A stretch of 64,000 nt of DNA. Origin: an uncultured virus (IMG/VR IMGVR_UViG_3300002835_000123) (Duplodnaviria; Heunggongvirae; Uroviricota; Caudoviricetes). How positions within the stretch are numbered: position 1 is the stretch's first letter; the number at the start of each line of letters is the position of its first letter. The stretch lies in IMG/VR virus record IMGVR_UViG_3300002835_000123, one strand, 5' to 3'. The position numbers and the translations under genes were made by a program. Positions 49,270 to 58,555 of the stretch are shown here, piece after piece. The notes below the pieces were generated by a model. That model made no database searches and was not told the DNA's origin. It saw only the letters and a program-made list of their open reading frames with translations.

Positions 49270-49917
49270 ATGAGTGATAGTAACATTTTTTATGTAGGTG
49301 TTTCAAGGTCAGGAAGTCATTGGCTAAGAATAGTTCTTGAAGAATATATGCAGGGTAAAAGTCCTGTATCTAATTTTATAGCTTGTAAAGATGATATTAA
49401 TGTACTTATGAGCCATTTAAATGATTTTAAAGGAACACATGATATGACACTTGACTTTGAGGCAGAAAATGTTATATACCTTTATAGAAATCCAATAGAT
49501 TGTATTTTTTCTAATTTGAAATACGACCAAACAACTATTGACAATATAGAATTAATAGATAAATATTTAAATATTTGGAATAAACACATTCAAAAATGGG
49601 TGTTCGATGAAAAATTTACAAAAAGAAAAGTAATTCTTTCCTATGAAAATCTAAAAAAAGATTTTGTAAAAGAATTTTCGAAACTCTTAGTGTATCTGAA
49701 TTTAGAAGTAGATGAAAAAAGAATTATTTTGGCAAAGGAAACATATACAAAGAATAAAATAAGAGAAATAGTACACGATAAGAAAGTAATAAATAATGAA
49801 ACAGATTATGAATTACAAAGAGAAAGATTTGTTGATTTGTTTGGTAAATATATTTTTGATAAACTACCTTTAACACATAAAGATATTTGTATATTTCCTG
49901 AAAAAATATTTGGTTAA
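49270..49917 (+). CDS. PAPS-dependent sulfotransferase
   Basis: GVSRSGSHWL (5'-PSB loop), IYLYRNPIDCIFS (3'-PB), LSYENL. Confidence 0.82.
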   Translation: MSDSNIFYVGVSRSGSHWLRIVLEEYMQGKSPVSNFIACKDDINVLMSHLNDFKGTHDMTLDFEAENVIYLYRNPIDCIFSNLKYDQTTIDNIELIDKYLNIWNKHIQKWVFDEKFTKRKVILSYENLKKDFVKEFSKLLVYLNLEVDEKRIILAKETYTKNKIREIVHDKKVINNETDYELQRERFVDLFGKYIFDKLPLTHKDICIFPEKIFG

Positions 49918-49918
49918 A

Positions 49919-50512
49919 ATGAAACATTTGTCTATTTTGATTCCTACTTTACCTTTGAGAATTGATAGTTATGCTTCTTTAATTAAAAATATTTCAAATC
50001 AAATTAAAAAAAACAACTTAGAGGATAAAGTTCAAATATTAACTTTTTTAGATACAAAAGAATTATCTGTTGGTGAAAAAAGAAATATATTATTGAGAAG
50101 TAGTATAGGAAAGTATATTTGTTTTATAGACGATGATGATATAATATCAGAGGACTACCTTCAAGAAATATTTAATGCTATTCCTCATGATGCAGATTGT
50201 ATAACATTTTTGGGAGAATACATAGAACAGGGTTTTAAAAAAGATTTTGTTATAAGCACAATGAATAGAGATAACTACAATGAACCTAATTGTTTTTATA
50301 GATTGCCTAATCATTTGTGTCCTGTAAAAAGAGAAATAGCTTTAAGTAGTTTATTTTCAAATAAAAACTATGGAGAAGATTCTGATTATGCGTCAAAAAT
50401 TAATAAATATATTAAGAATGAGTATCATATTCGAAAAAAACTTTATTTCTATATGTATGACGATGCTAAAAGTCAAACATCACCTACTAATGCTAACAAA
50501 AAAATATACTAA
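49919..50512 (+). CDS. GT2-family glycosyltransferase
   Basis: LSILIPT, GEKRN, CFIDDDD, NHLCP, GEDSDY. Confidence 0.82.
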   Translation: MKHLSILIPTLPLRIDSYASLIKNISNQIKKNNLEDKVQILTFLDTKELSVGEKRNILLRSSIGKYICFIDDDDIISEDYLQEIFNAIPHDADCITFLGEYIEQGFKKDFVISTMNRDNYNEPNCFYRLPNHLCPVKREIALSSLFSNKNYGEDSDYASKINKYIKNEYHIRKKLYFYMYDDAKSQTSPTNANKKIY

Positions 50513-50760
50513 TGGAAAAAATTGAATATATAAAAGTAATGGGTATTGGGTTTGAAGGTTTAAGCGAAATTGGTAATTACATAGTAATTTGGAATGAATC
50601 TAATGACACTAAAAAATTAGATAAAAAGGAAAAAAAGTTTGTTAGTTTGAACGAAGCAAAAATATTTTTTGAATCCTTGTGTTACGATAAGGCAATATTA
50701 AATGAAAATATGCCTGAAGATAATAATGTATTAGATTGTTATGTAAAAACAAAATGTTAA
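50512..50760 (+). CDS. hypothetical protein
   Basis: Overlapping stop/start with neighbour. Confidence 0.5.
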   Translation: MEKIEYIKVMGIGFEGLSEIGNYIVIWNESNDTKKLDKKEKKFVSLNEAKIFFESLCYDKAILNENMPEDNNVLDCYVKTKC

Positions 50761-50779
50761 ATTTGAAAAAATAATTATT

Positions 50780-51277
50780 ATGAAAAACGAGCATCAACAA
50801 CAAGTTGCAATGGCAACCGAAGTAGGTAAATTGTTACCTGAAACAAAAGAGAAAGTAGAATACTACAAAGAAATCATAAAAGCAGAAGCAGAACTAATTG
50901 ATAGTTATGAAAAAAGGCAATCTAAATGGTGGATTTCATCAGTAAATAAAGCAAAAGAAAAATCAGAAATAATTAAGTTAAGAAATTCAATCATTCAAAA
51001 AAAGAAAGTATTTGAATCATATTTAAAAAGAAAAAATCAGTACGAGAAATGGTTGGATGAAATGGCTATTGAAGTAAATGATAAATTTGATAATGTAATT
51101 GCTATTGCTAAAGAAATACCATTTTCTTCTAATCCAAGACTTCACGATGGTATTGCAAAATGGGAAGAATTGTCAGAACAAAATTCTTTGCAAGACAAGG
51201 TGGAAATGTATTTGTTTATGAAGAATGAAATAAAAAACTACGAGAAATTCAATAAGAAAAGACTTTTTGTTGACTAA
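50780..51277 (+). CDS. hypothetical coiled-coil protein
   Basis: Helical, K/E-rich ORF. Confidence 0.5.
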   Translation: MKNEHQQQVAMATEVGKLLPETKEKVEYYKEIIKAEAELIDSYEKRQSKWWISSVNKAKEKSEIIKLRNSIIQKKKVFESYLKRKNQYEKWLDEMAIEVNDKFDNVIAIAKEIPFSSNPRLHDGIAKWEELSEQNSLQDKVEMYLFMKNEIKNYEKFNKKRLFVD

Positions 51278-51287
51278 CTTTATATTT

Positions 51288-51881
51288 ATGCTGAATGAAT
51301 TTAATCAAATATATTTTAAAGAAATTTCCAATAGAATAGAAAAACAACAAATACAATTTGATTTAGCAAGAATACATTCTCATAGACACATATCAAGGTG
51401 TTTAGTATACAGCGAATGGATATTAAAATGCTTAAAACACGAATTGGATTATGAAAATAATTTAGATTTATTATTCGCAATTTCATTTCATGACATAGGT
51501 AGAATACAAGAAGGTATTGATAATACTAATTATCAGTCATCTTTAATTGCCCAAGAAGAAATGACAAAAATGAATGTAGATACAAGAATCATAGAATCAA
51601 CAAAAAAATTAATTCAGGAAAAAGATAATTCTGATAATTACGATATTAAAAGAATGATTTTACATGATGTTGATTGTTTTGATATTATGCGACCAAGTAC
51701 AGGTAGAGGTGGTATAATTGGATTCAACAAAGATTTTTTATGTTTATTTAAATCTAATCAAAACAATTATCAAAATGAACTTATTAGTAAGTGTTTTAAC
51801 CTAATCAACATAACTGAAAATGAATCATTTGAAAATGTTGATTGTTTAAAAAATATTTTGAAATCAAAATTAAATGAGTAG
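51288..51881 (+). CDS. HD-domain phosphohydrolase
   Basis: HSHRHISR...FHDIGR...HDVDCFDIMR. Confidence 0.75.
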   Translation: MLNEFNQIYFKEISNRIEKQQIQFDLARIHSHRHISRCLVYSEWILKCLKHELDYENNLDLLFAISFHDIGRIQEGIDNTNYQSSLIAQEEMTKMNVDTRIIESTKKLIQEKDNSDNYDIKRMILHDVDCFDIMRPSTGRGGIIGFNKDFLCLFKSNQNNYQNELISKCFNLINITENESFENVDCLKNILKSKLNE

Positions 51882-52446
51882 TTTGTCAATATGTATTTGT
51901 CATTATGATAACGAACAAAGAAATCATAATCTAATTACAATTTGGAATAAGTTAAATTTTCAGATTAGAGAAAATAATTTAAAAGAAAATGTTGAAATAC
52001 TTATAGATACAGATACAGGTCAATCTTATGTTGGAGAAAAAAGAAATAGACTATTAGATAAATGTTCTAAAGAGTATGTGTGCTTTATTGACGATGATGA
52101 TGATATATCAGATAATTATTTAAAGGATATATTTGATAACTTAGAAAACAATGATATACTTTTTTTAAGAATAAAACACATTGTAAACGGAGAGTATAAA
52201 AAAACAATAGTTCCTTCTTTACATATTGAAAATGAAATAGGAGAATATTACTTTGTTAAAAATCATTTTCACCTATGCCCACATAAATTATATTTAGCAA
52301 AAGAAATTTACTTTCCAATTTCTTCATTTGCAGAGGATTTAGAATATTCTATAAACCTATCAAAAAAAATATATTTACATAAATATTTAGAAAATCCAAT
52401 TTACATTTATCTTGATAATATAAATACAAGTCTTACAAGGAAATGA
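51874..52446 (+). CDS. GT2-family glycosyltransferase
   Basis: GEKRN, CFIDDDD, HLCP, AED; paralog of 48686 and 49919 genes. Confidence 0.8.
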   Translation: MSSLSICICHYDNEQRNHNLITIWNKLNFQIRENNLKENVEILIDTDTGQSYVGEKRNRLLDKCSKEYVCFIDDDDDISDNYLKDIFDNLENNDILFLRIKHIVNGEYKKTIVPSLHIENEIGEYYFVKNHFHLCPHKLYLAKEIYFPISSFAEDLEYSINLSKKIYLHKYLENPIYIYLDNINTSLTRK

Positions 52447-52931
52447 ATCCTTTGAATAATCAAAATTTTACAAAGTGGTTTGATAAAAGTGTTACTATTG
52501 ATGAATACAATAATCCATTAGTATTTTATCATAAGAGTAGAAGTAAGGAATTATTTTATTTTTTTGAATTAGAAGGTAATATCGAAAAAAATCCATTTAA
52601 TACTGACTATGGAGTTTATTTTGTTAAAAAAGAGTATGCTCATTATGTTCAGCATTTAGGAGAAGGTTTAGATTTTTTATGTTATTTGAAAATACTAAAT
52701 CCTTTTATTATTCATGATGTAAATGGTAAATCACATGATATGAATGGAAATAATTATGAATATATTTCCTTACATAAAGAATTTTGCTTGGACAAAATAA
52801 ACAAAGGGTTTGATGCAATAATCATCACTAATATTGCTTACACACAATATATCGTTTTTAGTTCCTACCAAATAAAACACATTAATAATGTAGGTTCTTT
52901 TTCTGAAGAATCAAAAAATATATTCGTTTAA
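52443..52931 (+). CDS. stand-alone ART-PolyVal-like ADP-ribosyltransferase
   Basis: NFTKWF.KS...NNPLVFYH, GVYF, YLKILNP, GFDAII, QYIVFSSYQIK. Confidence 0.65.
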   Translation: MNPLNNQNFTKWFDKSVTIDEYNNPLVFYHKSRSKELFYFFELEGNIEKNPFNTDYGVYFVKKEYAHYVQHLGEGLDFLCYLKILNPFIIHDVNGKSHDMNGNNYEYISLHKEFCLDKINKGFDAIIITNIAYTQYIVFSSYQIKHINNVGSFSEESKNIFV

Positions 52932-53549
52932 CTACATATCTAAAATATTAGGTATGTGGCATATTATGTACGAAGCACCATATACTTTGTCGTAGTTTTT
53001 AGACCATTTCACAAGTTTTTGAACAAATTTGAAATCATGTCCATAACCATTACACTTATCCCAATTAATAGATTTTAAATTTTTATGGAAAATACTTGAA
53101 GTACCAATACTATGTTCAACACATTCAACATTTTTAACTTGAAGTCCGTTAGGTGTGTATATATAATCATTGTAATATCCCCAATCTAAATTTGATATTT
53201 GAGAAACTACTGATTTAATATGATTTTTACCAAACATATCATCTGTATCAAGATACATAATGTAATCTCCTGAAGCGTATTTTAAACCTACTGAACGAAT
53301 ATTTCCTGAAAATGTACTTTCCTTTTTTACAAAAAAATATTTTATTATTCCTTCTTTTAAAGGTTCTGAAAAATTATTACAAAGTAAAGATTGGGTTAAT
53401 TCACAACCATCACAAACTATAATTAGTTCCTTATTATCATAGTCATTCTGTAAAAAAGAATTTACTGAACGCATGAATTTTTCTTCTCTATTTGATGCAC
53501 AACCTTCGTACTCACCAAGAAAAGAAGGCATTATAACACTTATTTTCAT
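52932..53549 (-). CDS. GT2-family glycosyltransferase
   Basis: KISVIMPS, ELIIVCDG, GDYIMYLDTDD, GHDFKF. Confidence 0.85.
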   Translation of the reverse strand: MKISVIMPSFLGEYEGCASNREEKFMRSVNSFLQNDYDNKELIIVCDGCELTQSLLCNNFSEPLKEGIIKYFFVKKESTFSGNIRSVGLKYASGDYIMYLDTDDMFGKNHIKSVVSQISNLDWGYYNDYIYTPNGLQVKNVECVEHSIGTSSIFHKNLKSINWDKCNGYGHDFKFVQKLVKWSKNYDKVYGASYIICHIPNILDM

Positions 53550-53550
53550 T

Positions 53551-54249
53551 TTAAAATCTTATTGTTGTTTGATTCTTATGTTCACAATATATTGAAGTAT
53601 CTACATATACAGGTATTTTTTTGGCATCTAAATCATAAAATAAAAAGCTATCAGGGTGAACAGGAGAGCCTTCTTCATATCTAAAACAAAATTCTTTTAA
53701 AACAGAACGATGTATTAAAATGCAACCAATACCACAGCTAAAAACTTGTTTTATTTGACCATCTACAAATGATAAATCGGTTTCATCAAGATTATATGAT
53801 TCTCTAATATCTTCACCAAAATCTTCTAATTGCTGAATCATCAATTTACTTCTTTCCCCAACTTCGATATGATACATTGCACCTATTACTTTTTTCTTAG
53901 CATCCAATAATCTCTCAATTACATTTGCAGGAGGAAAAATATCAGTTTCAAGGTGTAATAAATAATCAAAATCTTCATCTAAAGCCTTCAATCTACATTG
54001 TTCATGAGATTTTGCTAATGCCCATTTGAAATCAGGAAATTGAGAAGGAGTAACTCTACCCATATTGAAAAAACTACCCAAGTGTTTGTATTTTTCTTTT
54101 GTTTCAATATAATAATCTCTTACTTCAGAATTATCACACAAAAACAACTTAGCATTTTTATAAGTAAATGATGAAACATTTTTCATCCATTCATTAAAAC
54201 AATAATCTTTTAAATCAGCAGTAGGACTTGCTATCAATACTTTTTTCAT
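53551..54249 (-). CDS. GT-A fold glycosyltransferase
   Basis: DYLLHLETDI, GIGCILIHRSVL, HPDSF, VDTSIYCEH. Confidence 0.7.
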   Translation of the reverse strand: MKKVLIASPTADLKDYCFNEWMKNVSSFTYKNAKLFLCDNSEVRDYYIETKEKYKHLGSFFNMGRVTPSQFPDFKWALAKSHEQCRLKALDEDFDYLLHLETDIFPPANVIERLLDAKKKVIGAMYHIEVGERSKLMIQQLEDFGEDIRESYNLDETDLSFVDGQIKQVFSCGIGCILIHRSVLKEFCFRYEEGSPVHPDSFLFYDLDAKKIPVYVDTSIYCEHKNQTTIRF

Positions 54250-54262
54250 ACATTAATTTTTA

Positions 54263-54391
54263 CAAATATAAAAAATATTATTGACATAAAAAACCTAATA
54301 ATATCAATACATACAAAATAAAGTTTACAAAAAATAGCAACAATAAACTTTTTAAAAAATATTTGTCAATAGTTTTTATGATTTACATTTG
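54263..54391. promoter_or_regulatory. divergent promoters: TATATTTG (- strand, 54270-54263) and TTTG-N18-TACATTTG (+ strand, 54362-54391)
   Basis: Match to Bacteroidota -33 TTTG / -7 TAnnTTTG consensus. Confidence 0.65.
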
Positions 54392-54417
54392 AACTTGTCA
54401 TTTTAAAATTTAAGAAA

Positions 54418-54525
54418 ATGTTTTCTAAAGAGATGTTAATTAATGCAGGAGTTACTTTAGCGGTTGTTATGGTAGCATTGTATGTTCATGACACTTATGT
54501 TAAACCGACAGGTACAGCAGAGTAA
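54418..54525 (+). CDS. 35-aa single-TM protein not in the ORF track (MFSKEMLINAGVTLAVVMVALYVHDTYVKPTGTAE)
   Basis: Translated by hand; first ORF after promoter; one hydrophobic helix. Confidence 0.65.
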   Translation: MFSKEMLINAGVTLAVVMVALYVHDTYVKPTGTAE

Positions 54526-54605
54526 TTGAAACAAAATTGCCAAGTGGTAGGCAGTTTTACCACAGAAATAGATTTAATTTAGTATTTAATAACAAAAAAA
54601 AGTAA

Positions 54606-55370
54606 ATGATGAAAAATAGTTTCAACATTGACCGATACCTAAACGAAGCTGAAGAAAGATTTAGTGGCTTCTATGGTGATGATTATGACGATTTCGAAGG
54701 AATGGATGATTTTGACCTTTTCGAAGGTGAAATCTATGATGATTTTTCAATGGCTGAAGGGCAACCTGCACCTGCTAAATCACCATCCCCTTACCAAGTA
54801 AACGTAACTAACACTACGGCAGGTTCTTTGACATTAGTATTGTTTGGTAAAAACCAATTCTTATTGTCAACTAACTTTGGTTCGTCTGTTGGTCTTATCG
54901 TTGCACCTGCTCAAACAAACGTGTCTTACTTGCAGTTGTTACAACAATCTGCTGACCAACCATTCGAAACTTCATTGATTCGTATTCAGTCAGCTTCTTC
55001 TACGCAAGTTACACAAATCTTGACAATTAGCGTTACTGATGCTAACGGACAAAGTGCAACATTGCCTTTAATCACTCAAAGTTACTTCTCTGCTTACCAA
55101 CAACAAAGTGGAATTTTGGATGTGCCTTACCAATTAAAAATTGATGGCAACACTTCAATTACTACTACAATTTTGGCTAACACATCTGTAACTTATACTT
55201 TCTTCCCTGCTGAAAAAGTAAATGTTTCTAAAGGTCTTACAGGTTCAAGTGCAGTACAAGTTTATGGAAACCCACAAGTTAATCTTGGTGGTATGACTTT
55301 CCCTAAGCGACCTTCTCTTGCTAAACCAAGACCACGCAGAAGATTAGGCATGAGAGGTGATAGAAGATAA
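54606..55370 (+). CDS. candidate major capsid protein (beta-rich, single jelly-roll-like) with acidic N-terminal and basic C-terminal extensions
   Basis: T/S/V/Q-rich beta-strand pattern; visibly more C-ending codons (TTC, AAC, TAC) than neighbours; own promoter, 5' hairpin 54544-54563, terminator; paralog at 61043. Confidence 0.6.
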   Translation: MMKNSFNIDRYLNEAEERFSGFYGDDYDDFEGMDDFDLFEGEIYDDFSMAEGQPAPAKSPSPYQVNVTNTTAGSLTLVLFGKNQFLLSTNFGSSVGLIVAPAQTNVSYLQLLQQSADQPFETSLIRIQSASSTQVTQILTISVTDANGQSATLPLITQSYFSAYQQQSGILDVPYQLKIDGNTSITTTILANTSVTYTFFPAEKVNVSKGLTGSSAVQVYGNPQVNLGGMTFPKRPSLAKPRPRRRLGMRGDRR

Positions 55371-55403
55371 TAACATCACATACCGAGAAAAATAATATAT
55401 AGG

Positions 55404-55433
55404 AAAGGCAAACCATAATGTTTGCCTTTTCTT
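55404..55433 (+). terminator. intrinsic terminator after candidate capsid gene
   Basis: AAAGGCAAAC-CATAAT-GTTTGCCTTT-TCTT. Confidence 0.8.
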
Positions 55434-55450
55434 ATTTAAAAATTAACTAT

Positions 55451-55906
55451 ATGAAAGATAGAATATCATTACAAGAATTAATTGCTTTAAATAACACGCC
55501 AAAAGCAAAAGCATTGGTAGTAAAATATGGTTATTCACCTGCAAGAAATTATGATGATTTGACTTATAAGTTAATGAGATTTACAAAAGACTTTCAAGAG
55601 GAGGCTTTAAAAGAATTGGCTAATATTCATCCACACAAAGATTTAATACTAAATTATAATCAATTTGAATTGCCAAAAAAAATAGAAGAAAATGAAAAAA
55701 GTAATGATGATATGTGTCAATGTAGATTATGTCGTCAGAAAAGATTACAAAACCAAATGAATTATGCAAATTTTGAAGGTGAAGTAACGCAAACAAATGA
55801 TAAAAACGAAAAAACAAGCAATCCGTTAAAGGATTTTGCTCCCACAATATTAATTGCTACAATGACCTCATTTATTGTAGTTGGATTATTAGTAAATGTA
55901 AAATGA
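55451..55906 (+). CDS. C-terminally anchored membrane protein (putative virion)
   Basis: HPHKDLIL, CQCRLC, YANFEG, C-terminal TM; ATG 55451 preferred since 55418 is inside the terminator. Confidence 0.65.
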   Translation: MKDRISLQELIALNNTPKAKALVVKYGYSPARNYDDLTYKLMRFTKDFQEEALKELANIHPHKDLILNYNQFELPKKIEENEKSNDDMCQCRLCRQKRLQNQMNYANFEGEVTQTNDKNEKTSNPLKDFAPTILIATMTSFIVVGLLVNVK

Positions 55907-56400
55907 AAGGAAGCGGTATAGACATATCACATCAATTTATTTTATTAGAGGATTCTCCTATATTAAATATTCAAGGAAATAATGTAGAAGAAAGCGATAA
56001 AAAATTAGTAAAAGGAACTATTGTTGAAGGTTCTCTAAAAACAAGGATTGTAAAATTAGGAGATTTAAAAAGACCATATAAATTTGTTGAACTAAAAAAT
56101 AAAAAAGGTTATTTATCTCCAAGAGTTGTGAATATTTATATTGGAAAATTTGCTAATTTAGAGGGTGAATTAACCAATTCAGAAAATAATGGTGCTGATG
56201 TGAGTTTAAATATGTATCAAAAGCCACCAAAAAAGAAAAGAGTAAAAGATATTTTTATAAATTATGGACTTCCAATAGCAGGAGGTTTTATAGGATATAA
56301 AATAGCTAAAAGAATGGAAGCAGATGATAAAAAAACATTAGGTTTTGTAGTGTTTTTTGCATTAATTGGTTTGATTCCAAGATATATGTTAAACAAATAA
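55903..56400 (+). CDS. membrane protein, SH3-like N-terminal region, two C-terminal TMs
   Basis: KGTIVEG...FVELKNKKGYL; FANLEG; two hydrophobic segments. Confidence 0.6.
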   Translation: MKGSGIDISHQFILLEDSPILNIQGNNVEESDKKLVKGTIVEGSLKTRIVKLGDLKRPYKFVELKNKKGYLSPRVVNIYIGKFANLEGELTNSENNGADVSLNMYQKPPKKKRVKDIFINYGLPIAGGFIGYKIAKRMEADDKKTLGFVVFFALIGLIPRYMLNK

Positions 56401-56410
56401 AAAATAAATT

Positions 56411-57088
56411 ATGATTTACGTGGAAAATGATTTTTATTCGAATTTCAACGCAGTAAGCAAGTCAAATGATGAAATGGCTATGCAGTCAATTTTAGTAGAC
56501 CAAATATCAAATTTGATTGCATACAACAGAGAAGAAGTATTAGATTTACTTAGGAAATCAGAAATAAAACTACCTCCTAAACCAAAAAATAAAGATATTG
56601 TAAAAGCAATAGTTCAAAATCTAAAAACTAACAAGAAATTGGTTATTGGACTTGCTTATTTAATTGCAAAAAACAATGATTTACTTCAAGAACAAACGAA
56701 AAGAGGTAGACCGCAAGAAATGAAATCATCTTTTGAAGATAAAACAAAAACTACAACGGATAAAAAAGAAAAAAAACCTGTTGATTGGAACAGAACTCTT
56801 GATGCAGTTAATGTAGTTGGTGGTTCAATTTCAGTATTTGCAGATACTCTAACAGGAGTTAAGCAAAGTAGTTTAGAACAGCAATTAAATTCTGCAACTC
56901 AAAGCAAATCACCTGAAGATTTAGCAAGGGAACAAGCAGAAAAATTAGAAGCAGACAAAAAGGCAAGAAGAAAAAGAAATACTAAAATAGCAGTAGGGGT
57001 TCTTTTACTTGCAGGTGTAGGAGTTGGAGTTTATTTTGCATGGAAAAAAGGATGGTTTGCTAAAAAATCAGCACCCATAGAAGCGTAA
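56411..57088 (+). CDS. C-terminally anchored membrane protein (putative virion)
   Basis: IAVGVLLLAGVGVGVYFAWKK. Confidence 0.65.
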   Translation: MIYVENDFYSNFNAVSKSNDEMAMQSILVDQISNLIAYNREEVLDLLRKSEIKLPPKPKNKDIVKAIVQNLKTNKKLVIGLAYLIAKNNDLLQEQTKRGRPQEMKSSFEDKTKTTTDKKEKKPVDWNRTLDAVNVVGGSISVFADTLTGVKQSSLEQQLNSATQSKSPEDLAREQAEKLEADKKARRKRNTKIAVGVLLLAGVGVGVYFAWKKGWFAKKSAPIEA

Positions 57089-57143
57089 TTATATAGTTTA
57101 TACCTTAAAATAATTAAAATAAAAACAAACAAAACAAAAAAAA

Positions 57144-57704
57144 ATGGAAGATTTAAACCTTGTTGATGATAGTTTTGAATTATGGCACAATTCAGAAGGA
57201 GAAAGAGCCTTGTATAACAAAATCGTTAAAACATATCCAAGTGAGGATAATATGTTTGATGTATTAAATTTTGAAGGTGAAGAAAATTCTTCAACCGAAC
57301 AAAAGACTACTGAAAAACAAAAATTAGATTTAGATAAGTTAGGAGAATCAATAGTTACAACGGCAGGTGCAGTTGGTTCTGTTTCAACTACAATTCAAGC
57401 CTTTAAAGGTGATGGAACTAAAAAGGCACAGCGATTAGCGGTTAAAGATGTATGTGGTAAAAAACCAACAGCATTTAGCAAAAAAGCAAGAAAAGAGGAA
57501 TACAAAAAATGTATTACAGACTATCAAGCAAAAAAAATGGCAATGTTAGATGCACAAACAAAAAAATCAGAAGAAGTTGTAATCAAATCAGATGAAACAA
57601 AAACAGGTATGAGTACAACTACAAAAGTTTTAATAGGAGTTGGTGTACTTGCTTTAATTGGAGGTGTAATTTATTTTGTTCGTAGAGGTGCGTCTGCAAA
57701 ATAA
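57144..57704 (+). CDS. C-terminally anchored membrane protein (putative virion)
   Basis: HNSEG, LNFEG, CGKKP...YKKC, VLIGVGVLALIGGVIYFVRR. Confidence 0.65.
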   Translation: MEDLNLVDDSFELWHNSEGERALYNKIVKTYPSEDNMFDVLNFEGEENSSTEQKTTEKQKLDLDKLGESIVTTAGAVGSVSTTIQAFKGDGTKKAQRLAVKDVCGKKPTAFSKKARKEEYKKCITDYQAKKMAMLDAQTKKSEEVVIKSDETKTGMSTTTKVLIGVGVLALIGGVIYFVRRGASAK

Positions 57705-58240
57705 TGGCAAAAAAAGGTGTTTACAGATTACTATTTTCTATTGAAGCACCCGATTTAACAAAATCGGAAGTTGCAGGTAAATTAATTACCCAACTTTTCA
57801 ATGAAGATGAAATAGTGATGGGTGAATATTACAAAAAGGAAAATATACTTGTAGATGGTCGTTATGTAATACCATTAGCGTATGTAGAAAAGGAAGATAA
57901 ACTTCCATATTTAAAAAAAGATAGTTCGTTTGACGAAACGATAGATAGATTAAAACAACAATCACTTATTTTAAGTGAAAAAGAAAAGGAAAGACTAAAT
58001 GATATTGGAAATAGTATCAAAAGTCAAATAGAAGGAAAAAAAGCACAACAAATCAAAGCTGAAACAAAGGCAATGAAAAATGGTGCATTATTAGGACTTG
58101 GTATTGGTATTATTACGGCTTTGTACTTAAAAAGAAACATTTGGCTAATTTCATTAATAGGTTTATCTGTTGGTGGATATGTAGCACACAAGATAGTTAA
58201 AGCAAAACAGGGAAATAACGAAGTAGAACCAATAGCTTAA
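57704..58240 (+). CDS. membrane protein with two C-terminal glycine-rich TMs
   Basis: GALLGLGIGIITALYL; LISLIGLSVGGYVA. Confidence 0.65.
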   Translation: MAKKGVYRLLFSIEAPDLTKSEVAGKLITQLFNEDEIVMGEYYKKENILVDGRYVIPLAYVEKEDKLPYLKKDSSFDETIDRLKQQSLILSEKEKERLNDIGNSIKSQIEGKKAQQIKAETKAMKNGALLGLGIGIITALYLKRNIWLISLIGLSVGGYVAHKIVKAKQGNNEVEPIA

Positions 58241-58242
58241 AA

Positions 58243-58554
58243 ATGAAAGAATTTGATTTAGATGTTTATAGTGGATTTCAAGATGAAATTACTACGACTG
58301 AAAATAAAAATGTAAAAAAAAATACAACCTCAAGTGAACCTCCAAAATGGCAGGAGAGTTTAGGTAAACTAACAGATTTTGTAAAAGAATATGGAGGAGC
58401 ATATTCAGAACAGAAAGCACCTGTTTATTCTGAAGGTAAAAAAGTGCGTAAGTTTGGTATGCACCCATTAGTATTTGTTGCTGTATCTTTAGGACTTGTA
58501 ATAGCAGGTTCTATAACTTTAGTATATTTAGGTAGAAAAAAAACTATTAAATAA
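58243..58554 (+). CDS. small C-terminally anchored membrane protein
   Basis: FGMHPLVFVAVSLGLVIAGSITLVYLGRKK. Confidence 0.65.
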   Translation: MKEFDLDVYSGFQDEITTTENKNVKKNTTSSEPPKWQESLGKLTDFVKEYGGAYSEQKAPVYSEGKKVRKFGMHPLVFVAVSLGLVIAGSITLVYLGRKKTIK

Positions 58555-58555
58555 C

